DNA from: an uncultured Holophagales bacterium
GTDB lineage: Bacteria; Acidobacteriota; Thermoanaerobaculia; Multivoradales; UBA5704
Assembly (NCBI GenBank): GCA_963842525.1
Contig: CAWJGT010000025.1
Location: forward strand, 64,001 to 128,000
Direction of reading: 5' to 3'
DNA: 64,000 bases
The translations under genes and the position numbers were made by a program. Below the pieces are notes generated by a model that saw only the letters and a list, made by a program, of their open reading frames with translations, did no database searches and had not been told where the DNA came from. Position 1 is the first letter of the stretch. Each line of letters starts with the position of its first letter. This document shows, in pieces, positions 1 through 8,401 of this stretch.

Positions 1-16
1 CAGCTCCGGTTCCAGA

Positions 17-330
17 TGCCGTGACCCGGTTCACGGTGAAACGGCCCTGGTTTGCCGTGATCGCGGGCCGATTCGTGATGAACTGGCCCTGATTTGCCAT
101 GATCGCGGGCCGATTCGCCGTGAACTGGCCCTGGTTTGCCGTGAACCGGCCCTCATCGCGGTGATCCGGCCGAGTTTCGTCATGATCTCGGTCCGATTCG
201 CCGTGACCGCGAAGCCGTTTCCCGTGAATCGGCCCGCGTTCGCCATGAAACGGCCGCGTTCACGGCGATCTCGTCTCCGTTCACGGCAAACCCGATCCCG
301 TTCACGGCAACCGCGACCGCTTCACCACAA
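17..330. repeat. Degenerate 21-bp-period tandem array with two oppositely oriented halves
   Basis: Units such as gaactggccctggtttgccgt and gatcgcgggccgattcgccgt recur every ~21 bp to ~250. The reverse-complement core ttcacggc then recurs at ~21-bp spacing from ~259. Confidence 0.8.
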
Positions 331-440
331 TCCACCCTGATCACCGGTGAACTCTGGTTGGAACCGGTAAGCTCCGGTAAAGTCTGGAGAACACCGATAA
401 AGCCCGATAAAATAGAGTAAGAGACGTAGGCGCCAACCTA

Positions 441-470
441 TTGACAAATCGTAGAGTCCTTCGTTAGGGT
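441..470 (+). promoter_or_regulatory. Putative sigma70 promoter upstream of a long leader for 706..1125
   Basis: TTGACA at 441-446, 18-bp spacer, TAGGGT at 465-470. Confidence 0.5.
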
Positions 471-705
471 AGCTACACCGGCAAGCTTCCGGGGGATGGT
501 TCCCAGGAAAGGCGGTCGAGCACAACGGACGAGGCGTTCGAGGACGCCGGCAGGCTGGCGGGAAACGGCCTGTTGACGTGCCCGGCTTCGTCAAGGAGGG
601 CGCGATGAAAGGAGAAGCAGCCTCCCGGGGCCCGCCGCAGGGGGGCGGGAGGCACACAGGTGAAACCTTGAGCCCGGACAGAAAACTCAGAATAGGAGAA
701 AGGCC

Positions 706-1125
706 ATGTCCACGGATACGTTGTCCAAGTACATCGGTACTTGGGAGGCGCAGATCGCGAACGTGAGGGCGCGGCTGCCGGAAATGCCGCAGTTGGGTGA
801 GACCGTGCAGGGCTTCGAGGAGCTGGTCGTCGAGGCCAAGGACCTCCAGAGCAGCCAGGACGTCTACCGCAGCCAACTGCGCGGGGCGACTCTGCGCAGC
901 AGGGACATCTTGCGGCGCGGGCGCAGCTTCCGCAACCGGCTGGTCGCCGGTGCGCAGAGCGTCTTCGGCGTCGAAAGCCCCCTGCTGCTGGCATTCGGCG
1001 CGAAGCCGCGCCTGCCGAAGGGCAACCGCCACCGGACGCTCGACGAAAGGATCGCCGATCTGAAGGAGGAGCTCGGGGCCCTGGAGGCGGCGGCGGAAGC
1101 CGCGAAGGCGAAGAAGAAGGGCTGA
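706..1125 (+). CDS. Hypothetical helical protein (139 aa), similar in layout to 3445..3738
   Basis: AGGAG RBS before ATG, GC3-biased codons, amphipathic helices ending in an FG..P motif and basic tail, followed by a hairpin. Confidence 0.8.
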   Translation: MSTDTLSKYIGTWEAQIANVRARLPEMPQLGETVQGFEELVVEAKDLQSSQDVYRSQLRGATLRSRDILRRGRSFRNRLVAGAQSVFGVESPLLLAFGAKPRLPKGNRHRTLDERIADLKEELGALEAAAEAAKAKKKG

Positions 1126-1151
1126 TCCTGCCGATCGAAGCAGCTCTCTTC

Positions 1152-1186
1152 CCCCGGGGGCGGGCTCTCTCGCCCCCGGGATTTTT
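1152..1186 (+). terminator. Intrinsic terminator
   Basis: cccggggg(g)cg...cgcccccggg stem followed by attttt. Confidence 0.6.
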
Positions 1187-1221
1187 CGCTCAAGGGATTG
1201 GTCTGCGGTCTGCCGGCATGT

Positions 1222-1268
1222 CTGAAAATCACGGATAGTCGGTGGGTCAATTCCGCCCCTGGGCACCA
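1222..1268 (+). pseudogene. Degenerate 3' half of tRNA-Phe(GAA), att-like remnant
   Basis: CTGAAAA anticodon loop, then GTCGGTGGGTCAATTCCGCCCCTGGGCACCA (T-arm, acceptor 3' strand, CCA). No 5' half upstream. Confidence 0.7.
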
Positions 1269-1382
1269 CGCAAAGCACTCCCGTCGAGAGGCCAGGGACG
1301 ATGGGGGGCTGAGGCCGGCAGGCAGGTCGGCCGGTCGCCCCCCTTTTTAGTGGTTCGGGGGCGGGAACAGGAAGTTCCGAGT

Positions 1383-2523
1383 CTACGGCTCTGCTATGAT
1401 CCAAACGCGGAGTGCCTCCAGGCTCCTACTCTCTCCTCTCGTGCCGCAGAATTGCGGGCTGGCGAGAACTCCCGAGCTTCCCACGTTTGTCATGTAACAT
1501 TCGTAGAACAATTGGTAATCTGGCGCTTTCGGGCCGGTCAGCCGCATCACGAAGCCTTCGAGCCGGCGTGATTGGCCCCGCGTCCCAACGAATTGGCCGG
1601 CCGTCACGAATTCGGTGTCGCCGATTGCTTGCAAGTGCGCCATGTACTCGAGACCCAGGCCGCTGACTTCCGGCGTAAGTGATATCGCGAAGCCCTCGAG
1701 GCGCAGTGAGTGGCCCAAAGTACCCGTCCATTCGTCTTGGCGCCCCAACAGATCACCAGTATTCTGGACATGGACCAATACCTGCAATGATGTATCGCCG
1801 GGTGCCACAACGGGTGAGAAGATAGCTCCATCTCCCCGGATTCTGAAGAAACGAAGACTGCGGCTTGGCTCGAACGTCGCCGATCGAGAGTCGGTTGTGG
1901 ATATGGCGGTCCACGGGCCCTCGATCTTCTCCGCTGCTTCGACAATGAAGGGGCCGCGGCCCCCAAACCAATGCAGTTCAACGCGCAAGGACTCGCGTTG
2001 TCCGAATAGCGATATAGGCTGCTCGGATGCGAACCCTTCGTTGACCCCCTGGAATGAACCACCGCCAAGCACCTCTAGGCTCACCGGGAAGGCTTCCGCA
2101 TTGCCTAGGTCAACATCCACGTCCTCGGGCAGGTGCACCCCGCCGATCCGAAGCCTTTTGACGGCTGGCAGGGGGATGCTGGTATCGGGTGCGACCTCGA
2201 TCGGGGTCCGTGAATGTCCTCCCGTTCCAGAATTGCAAGTCAAAGTGATCGATACCAACATTCGGTAGCGTAATCGAGGTGATGGGAGGAGAATCGGCCA
2301 GGGCTATGATGTCCAGGGCGTCCTGTGGAAAGTCGCTGAGAAATAGGCCGCACACGCAAGGGTCGCCCGGCTTCGAACCAGCCGGCACTCTGCTGCCACA
2401 GTATCTGCCTCGCGCATCATAGCAAACACCGTTCCCTCCAACTGTTGCTCCTGCCCCGCTTGCAAAGGCGAGCAACATTAAGATGCTCAGTAAGTAGCTG
2501 GATTTGTACTTGGCGATTGCCAT
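1383..2523 (-). CDS. Secreted protein with C-terminal Clostridial hydrophobic W (ChW)-like repeats; one frameshift near 2203-2206
   Basis: Signal peptide and Cys-rich N-terminus in ORF 2110..2523. Repeats VHVQNTG..GTLGHSLRLEGF, AHLQAIG..GTRGQSRRLEGF and GTRGESRSLEAL in ORF 1383..2261. Removing one C from a CCCC run joins the frames (FTDPIEVAPD). Confidence 0.7.
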
Positions 2524-2634
2524 TGGATTTCCTCCCGTGATTCCTGGTTCGCAGAGCGCTAACCGTGGTGGCCAGCCACTTCGGCGGCCTCTCTAACTAT
2601 GAATGGCCAGAAGGGAGAAGTATTTCCTGTCGCA

Positions 2635-3400
2635 CCCAATAGGTTCCACCCGATTCTGAAGCGATTCTGAAAGCTGAGGAGCCTTTCCACGAGGTTATCC
2701 GAGGTTCTCGCCACCTCCCGAGTGGCTTACGGGGGCCGGACGAGCGGACAGCCGGTGAATTCTTCAGGCTTGGCCCAGAGTCTCTCCGCGCCCAATAGGT
2801 TCCACCCGATTCTGAAGCGATTCTGAAGCTGAGGAGCCTTTCCACGAGGTTATCCGAGGTTCTCGCCACCTCCCGAGTGGCTTACAGGGCCGGACGAGCG
2901 GACAGCCGGTGAATTCTTCAGGCTTGGCCCAGAGTCTCTCCCTGGCTTGGGTGCACCGCGAGCACAGCTCCGCCCGAACCGGGAGAGATTTGGTGAGGAG
3001 GAGGGGCTTGAGGGGAAGGTCAGCGGCGCCCGTCCGGAAGCGAGAGACGGGAGTGCCTCTCTCACGAAGGGCAGATGCGGAGGAAAGCTCCCAGTTGGAA
3101 ACCGCGCAGTCCGGTCACCCATGCGGAGCTTTTCCGACGCTTCCCGGAACGCAGCCAGGAACCCAATAGGTTCCACCCGATTCTGAAGCGATTCTGAAGC
3201 TGAGGAGCCTTTCCACGAGGTTATCCGAGGTTCTCGCCACCTCCCGAGTGGCTTACGGGGCCGGACGAGCGGACAGCCGGTGAATTCTTCAGGCTTGGCC
3301 CAGAGTCTCTCCCTGGCTCGGGTGCACCGCGAGCACAGCTCCGCCCGAACCGGGAGAGATTTGGTGAGGATGAGGGGCTTGAGGGGAAGGTCAGCGGCGG
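2635..3400 (-). mobile_element. Tandem mosaic of 3'-end fragments of a putative HUH/Y1 (RAYT/IS200-like) element
   Basis: A ~150-bp unit occurs at 2635-2786, 2791-2940 and 3162-3311. A ~88-bp unit occurs at 2941-3028 and 3312-3400. About 3055-3163 encodes FLAAFREASEKLRMGDRTARFPTGSFPPHLPFV, also seen at ~20640-20750. Confidence 0.65.
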
Positions 3401-3444
3401 CGGAAATAACGGGGGAGCGCGGTGGCACGCTCCCCGGGATGGAG

Positions 3445-3738
3445 TTACTGGGGCTCGGCCGCGGGGACCGCGGCGAGGGTGGGACCGGACGCGGGCTCGG
3501 GCTTCTCCTTCCGGCCCTTGCCGAGGCGGGTGCGGCCCCGGAAGGGCTGCACGTGGAAATCCGCGAGCTTTTCCGACCGCAGGCCGTAGAATTCCTGGAG
3601 GACCTTGGTCGCCGCGGTCATCAGCCGGTCGCCTTCGGTGAGCAGCGCGCGGATGCGCTGGCTCGTCTCCTGCCGGCGGGCGGTGAGGGCGGCCTGCTCA
3701 CGGGCGATTCCCTGGGCCTCGGACAGGGTCGCTTCCAT
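3445..3738 (-). pseudogene. 5'-truncated small helical hypothetical protein
   Basis: QAALTARRQETSQRIRALL...FYGLRSEKLADFHVQPFRGR; upstream sequence is an unrelated coding fragment. Confidence 0.55.
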
Positions 3739-3883
3739 TCTCCGCCTCGGCGCCGGCGGCGTACTCGCAGAAGCTCTCGTTGGGATTGCCGTGGATCACC
3801 AGGACATCGCGGTTGTTGCCCTGCGTATCCTGCAGGAGCTGGTACCAGACAAACCCGGGGCTGCCGTCCTTCTGGTTGACCGG

Positions 3884-5161
3884 TCAGACCGCCACGACCG
3901 GATGCTCGCCGCTCGGCTGGGTGGCGAGGACTTCGGCAAGCGCGCTCTCGATGATGTCGATCCCCTTGTGCAGCCCGGCATCGTCGATGACGAGCGGCGG
4001 CAGGAGCTTCAGGACCTCGTCCTTGGAGCCGGCGGTCTCGATGACCAGGCCGCGCCGGAAGGCCGCGCGAGAGACCTGCACCGCGAGCTCCGGCCGGGCG
4101 AAGCGGAGCCCCTGGATCAGGCCCCGGCCGCGCGCTTCGAGGTCTTCGGGGGAGCGGCCGGCGATCTCCTGGAGGCGAGCACGGACCAGATCGGCCTTGC
4201 GGAGGACCTCGCGGCTGAATGAGTCGTCCTCCCAATAGGTGAGCGCCGCCGCTCCGGTCACGAAGGCGAGGTTGTTGCCGCGGAAGGTGGCAGTGTGCTC
4301 CCCGGGCGCCCAGACGTCGATCTCGGGCTTCAGCAGGACCAGCGCCATCGGCAGCCCGAAGCCGCTGATCGACTTCGACAGGCAGACGATGTCCGGCTGG
4401 ATCTGCGCGGGCTCGAAGCTGAAGAACGGGCCGGTCCGGCCGCAGCCGACTTGGATGTCGTCAACGATCAGCAGCACCTGGTGGCGGCGCAGGAGCTCGG
4501 CCAGGCGCCGCAGCCAGGGGAAGCTCGCCACGTTGATCCCACCCTCGGCCTGCACGGTCTCGACGATCACCGCCGCCGGGAAGTCCACGCCGCTGGAGGG
4601 GTTCTCGAGGATCTCGGCGAGATGGTCGATCGTGTCTCGCGCCCCGGCCCCGCCGTCGAAAGGCATGGGCATGGCGTTCGGCAGCGGCACGCCGGCGGCC
4701 TTCCGCTTGGACGCATTGCCGGTGACCGCCAGGGACCCCAGAGTCAGCCCGTGATAGGCATTGTGGAAGAAGAGGACGTTGGTCCGCCCGGTCACCTTGC
4801 GGGCGAGCTTCAGCGCAGCCTCGACCGCGTTGGTCCCGGTGGGACCCGCGAACTGCAGCTTGTACCGCAGGCCGCGCGGCTGGAGGATGATGCGGTCGAA
4901 GCGCTCAATGAAATCGCGCTTGGCCGCGGTGGCCATGTCGAGCGAGTGGGTGATCCCGTCGCGCTGCAGGTACTCGATCAGCCGTTCCTTGAGGAACGGG
5001 TTGTTGTGGCCGTAGTTGAGGGTGCCGGCGCCGCTGAAGAAGTCGATGTATTCCCGGCCGGCCTCGTCGTAGAGGCAGTGGCCGAGGGCGCGCTCGAACA
5101 CCGTGGGAAAGGTGCGGCTGTAGCTGCGGACCTCGGATTCCAGACGATCGAAGGGCTCCAT
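3884..5161 (-). CDS. ectB: Diaminobutyrate--2-oxoglutarate transaminase (class III PLP aminotransferase)
   Basis: ESEVRSYSR, DFFSGAGTLNYGHNNP, GPTGTNAVEAALKLARK, DDIQVGCGRTG, SKSISG, PGEHTATFRG; GGAGG RBS. Confidence 0.9.
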   Translation of the reverse strand: MEPFDRLESEVRSYSRTFPTVFERALGHCLYDEAGREYIDFFSGAGTLNYGHNNPFLKERLIEYLQRDGITHSLDMATAAKRDFIERFDRIILQPRGLRYKLQFAGPTGTNAVEAALKLARKVTGRTNVLFFHNAYHGLTLGSLAVTGNASKRKAAGVPLPNAMPMPFDGGAGARDTIDHLAEILENPSSGVDFPAAVIVETVQAEGGINVASFPWLRRLAELLRRHQVLLIVDDIQVGCGRTGPFFSFEPAQIQPDIVCLSKSISGFGLPMALVLLKPEIDVWAPGEHTATFRGNNLAFVTGAAALTYWEDDSFSREVLRKADLVRARLQEIAGRSPEDLEARGRGLIQGLRFARPELAVQVSRAAFRRGLVIETAGSKDEVLKLLPPLVIDDAGLHKGIDIIESALAEVLATQPSGEHPVVAV

Positions 5162-5179
5162 GTTCAATTCCTCCCTATT

Positions 5180-6301
5180 CTACGCAATCTTCCGCTCCCC
5201 TTCCTCCCGCCGGATCTCCTCAAGGTAGCGGCGGAAGAAGGGCAGTCCCCCCAGCGCGGGGAGAACATAGCGCGAGGTGAAGAGAATCCCCAGCGCCGCG
5301 GCGGTCGGCGGGCCGAACCAGGGGCGGTAGAGGGTGATGAGGGCGGCGTCCCGGGTGCCGAGGCCGGCAAACGTGAGGGGAAAAAGACCGGCCAGGATGG
5401 CCACCGACGAGAGGGCGATGTGCAGCAGGAACGGCGTCCAGGCGTTGAGCGCCAGGATGAAGAGCCAGAGCTGCAGGAAGTGGATCAGCCAGAGGCCGAT
5501 CGAGAGCGCGCTGACGCGGCCGAGCTGCGCCCTCTCGGTCCGGAAGTATTCGCGGGTTTCCGTCCACGCGTCGCGCAGGCGCTCGACCTTGCCGCGGAAG
5601 CGGGCCGGGGCAAGCCGCTCGGCGAGGCCAAAGGCGAAACGCGCGAAGGCCGCGGAGCCCAGGAGGAGCGAGCCGCCGATCAGCATCGCAAGGACCGCCC
5701 ACGTCAGCAGCCAGAGGGGCCGGTCCTTGCCTGGATAGAGGAGCAGGCCGAGAGCGCACCAGAGGAGGAGAGCGAGGACGTCGCTGGCCTTTTCGAAGAT
5801 CACCAGGGACAGGGAGAGTGAGCCGCTCAGCGGGCCGCGCTTCTTCATGAACCAGGCCTTGGCGATGTCCCCCATCTTCGACGGGAGGACCATGTTGAGG
5901 ACGTCCGCCACGAGGATCAGGCGGAGGGACTCGCCGGTCGGCAGGAAGCTGCCGCGGGGCATGAGCTGCCGCAGGCGCCAGGCCTGGACGAGCTTGATGG
6001 GTACCAGCACGCCGAGGCCGACGATCAGCCAGAATGGATCGCAGGTGCGCAGTACCCGGCCGAGCGCCCGCGCGTCGATCTGCGAGTAGATCAGCGCCAG
6101 GAGCGCCAGGCTGACGAGAATCGAGATGAGGCGGCCCCTCACCCCCCTGGCCCCCCTCTCCCATCCACCCCCCCTTTCCACCGGGAGAGGGGGGGGAAAA
6201 ACGCCGGCTCTCATCGCTCCCCTCTCCCGGCGGTTCGGGAGGGCGGATGGGAGAGGGGCCGGGGGTGAGGGGCCCGGCGGCGCCACAGGCTTTTCAGACA
6301 C
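5180..6301 (-). CDS. Lysylphosphatidylglycerol-synthase TM-region / UPF0104 flippase-like membrane protein
   Basis: Multiple TM helices, NMVLPSKMGD and PLTFAGLGTRD motifs; N-terminus contains a palindromic insert. Confidence 0.8.
   Translation of the reverse strand: MSEKPVAPPGPSPPAPLPSALPNRRERGAMRAGVFPPPLPVERGGGWERGARGVRGRLISILVSLALLALIYSQIDARALGRVLRTCDPFWLIVGLGVLVPIKLVQAWRLRQLMPRGSFLPTGESLRLILVADVLNMVLPSKMGDIAKAWFMKKRGPLSGSLSLSLVIFEKASDVLALLLWCALGLLLYPGKDRPLWLLTWAVLAMLIGGSLLLGSAAFARFAFGLAERLAPARFRGKVERLRDAWTETREYFRTERAQLGRVSALSIGLWLIHFLQLWLFILALNAWTPFLLHIALSSVAILAGLFPLTFAGLGTRDAALITLYRPWFGPPTAAALGILFTSRYVLPALGGLPFFRRYLEEIRREEGERKIA
6133..6274. repeat. REP/MITE-like palindromic element within the 5' end of 5180..6301
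   Basis: Terminal inverted arms ggcccctcacccc..cctctcccatcc / ggatgggagagggg..ggggtgaggggcc with internal hairpins. Confidence 0.75.
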
Positions 6302-6305
6302 CCTC

Positions 6306-7382
6306 TCAGCCCCTCCAGGGGAACTGGGCGCCGTACCAGCTCTCGCGGATCAGCCGCCGGGCTGCTGGCCGTCCCTCGAACCGGTACCAGAAGTGGGTGT
6401 TGTAGAGCAGCGCCATCCGCGCCAGCACCTGAATCAGCGGCGTCTCGAAGAGCAGTGGACGCAGGAAGGAGGCACGCAGCTTCTTGTGCACGAAGCCGAC
6501 CATGTTGGCCTGTGGCCGGGCGAATTGCTCCGCGCCGACGTCGTCGCCCACGAGCTCGCCGTCGATCACGCCCAGGCCGCGCTCTTCGGCCCGCACGATG
6601 TAGCCAATCTGCCGGGGGTCGAAGCCCATGTAGCGCGCCGCCGCGGCGTCGGCCGCCACCAGGTCTGGCGAGGCGAGGACCAGGTCAGCGATCCGGATCG
6701 TGCCCGTGCGCGGCCCCTTCCCCTCCTGGACCACCGTGCCGTCGATCACCGTGAAGCGCGGCTTGAGCGCCCGGTTGATGTCCACGATCACCTGGTGGAG
6801 GACGGGATGGAAGTTGTGCCGGAAGGTGGGGAGGCACCCCCACTGGTTCTTGAGCGAGGCGGTGATGGTCGACAGGTGGTGGCACTTCATCACCGGCAGG
6901 CTGACGATCGAGTCCGCCTCGACCAGGCTACGCGGAAAAGGGATCTTCCGCACCACGTCGCCGTCGATCTCGACCTCTTCCAAGGGATCCATGGACAGGT
7001 CGACATACTCGGCTCCGTAGCGGTCCGCCAGCCGGTCGTAGCCCCAGAGCGTCTTGGCCTTGCGCACGTTGTCGGCGCCCACGATCCGCGAGTCGCCCAT
7101 CTGGATCCGCGCCTCCGGCAGGCCGGCGCGCAGTGCGCGCAAGACGCCCTCGATCACCCAGGGGGACGTGTTGGTCCCGGGCACCAGAGGGAAGCTCAGG
7201 GTGTTGATCTTGAGGAAGATCCGCCGGCCCCGGACATGCCGCCGCCAGTCCGCCAGCTCCATGGCGCGTTCGACCGCCGCCGGTACCCCCTCGTCCGGAG
7301 TCACCCGCACGCGGGCGACGCGGTGTGCGCCGCTCGTCCCGGAGGGAGCCTGTTGGACGTCGGGTTCGGTGATGATGGCCAT
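6306..7382 (-). CDS. DUF362 domain-containing protein
   Basis: IFLKIN, NTSPWV, VSLPVMKCH, TASLKNQWG, IDG..EGKGP, DLVAAD motifs. Confidence 0.85.
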   Translation of the reverse strand: MAIITEPDVQQAPSGTSGAHRVARVRVTPDEGVPAAVERAMELADWRRHVRGRRIFLKINTLSFPLVPGTNTSPWVIEGVLRALRAGLPEARIQMGDSRIVGADNVRKAKTLWGYDRLADRYGAEYVDLSMDPLEEVEIDGDVVRKIPFPRSLVEADSIVSLPVMKCHHLSTITASLKNQWGCLPTFRHNFHPVLHQVIVDINRALKPRFTVIDGTVVQEGKGPRTGTIRIADLVLASPDLVAADAAAARYMGFDPRQIGYIVRAEERGLGVIDGELVGDDVGAEQFARPQANMVGFVHKKLRASFLRPLLFETPLIQVLARMALLYNTHFWYRFEGRPAARRLIRESWYGAQFPWRG

Positions 7383-7429
7383 GGCGGGCCAGAGATGCTA
7401 GCACGGCGGTGATATAAAACCCTTCGCCC

Positions 7430-8401
7430 ATGAAGCTGATCGTCCAGATCCCCTGCCTGAACGAGGAGCAGACCCTCCCCGCGACGCTGGCGGCGCTGCC
7501 GCGCGCGCTGCCGGGTATCGACCAGGTCGAATGGCTGGTGATCGACGACGGCAGCACGGACCGGACGTCCGAGGTGGCCCGCGCCCATGGGGTGGACCAC
7601 GTTGTCCGCTTCGGCACCAACCAGGGGCTCGCCCGCGCCTTCATGGCCGGCCTCGAAGCCTGCGTCAACGCCGGGGCCGACATCATCGTCAACACCGACG
7701 CCGACAACCAGTACGACGCGGCGGACATCCCGAAGCTGATCGAGCCGATCCTGGCCGGGCGCGCCGAGATCGTGGTCGGGGCGCGGCCGATCGACGCGAT
7801 CGAGCACTTCTCGCCCTTGAAGAAGCTGCTCCAGAAGCTGGGGAGCTGGGTGGTACGGCAAGCGAGCCGGACCTCGATCCCCGACAGCCCGAGCGGCTTC
7901 CGCGCCATCAGCCGCAACGCCGCCCTCCAGCTCAACGTCTTCAGCCAGTACACCTATACGTTGGAGATGATCATCCAGGCGGGGCAGAAGAACATCCCGA
8001 TCACCTCGGTGCCGGTGCGCACCAACCCGGTGACGCGGCCGTCGCGGCTCATCCGGGGGATTCCGGACTACATCCGGCGCTCGGTCTTGACCATCTTCCG
8101 GGTCTTCCTCCTCTATCGGCCCCTGCGCTCATTCTTCTGGATGGGGATGGCGTTCATCACCCCTGGCTTCCTGCTGCTGGTGCGCTGGCTGGTCCTTTTC
8201 CTGGCAGGCGCGGTCCATCCGGGGCGGACGCGGGCGCCGAGCCTGATCCTGGCGGCGATCCTGATCTTCGTCGGCTTTCAGCTCTGGACCTTCGGCTTCG
8301 TGGCCGATCTGATGGCAGCCAACCGCCGGTTGCTGGAGGACATCCAGCTCCGGCTGCGGCGGATGGACGCGGACCGGCCGCCGCGAGGGCCGGCGGATTG
8401 A
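7430..8401 (+). CDS. GT2 glycosyltransferase (polyprenyl-phosphate glycosyltransferase-like) with two C-terminal TM helices
   Basis: [28 protein letters not shown]. Confidence 0.9.
   Translation: MKLIVQIPCLNEEQTLPATLAALPRALPGIDQVEWLVIDDGSTDRTSEVARAHGVDHVVRFGTNQGLARAFMAGLEACVNAGADIIVNTDADNQYDAADIPKLIEPILAGRAEIVVGARPIDAIEHFSPLKKLLQKLGSWVVRQASRTSIPDSPSGFRAISRNAALQLNVFSQYTYTLEMIIQAGQKNIPITSVPVRTNPVTRPSRLIRGIPDYIRRSVLTIFRVFLLYRPLRSFFWMGMAFITPGFLLLVRWLVLFLAGAVHPGRTRAPSLILAAILIFVGFQLWTFGFVADLMAANRRLLEDIQLRLRRMDADRPPRGPAD

Noticed and set aside
2635-3400. Possible CRISPR array
   Set aside because: Repeats are ~90-150 bp with no unique spacers of regular length, and there are no cas genes in the window.
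3884-5161. Ectoine biosynthesis operon
   Set aside because: No ectA, ectC, ectD or ask adjacent.
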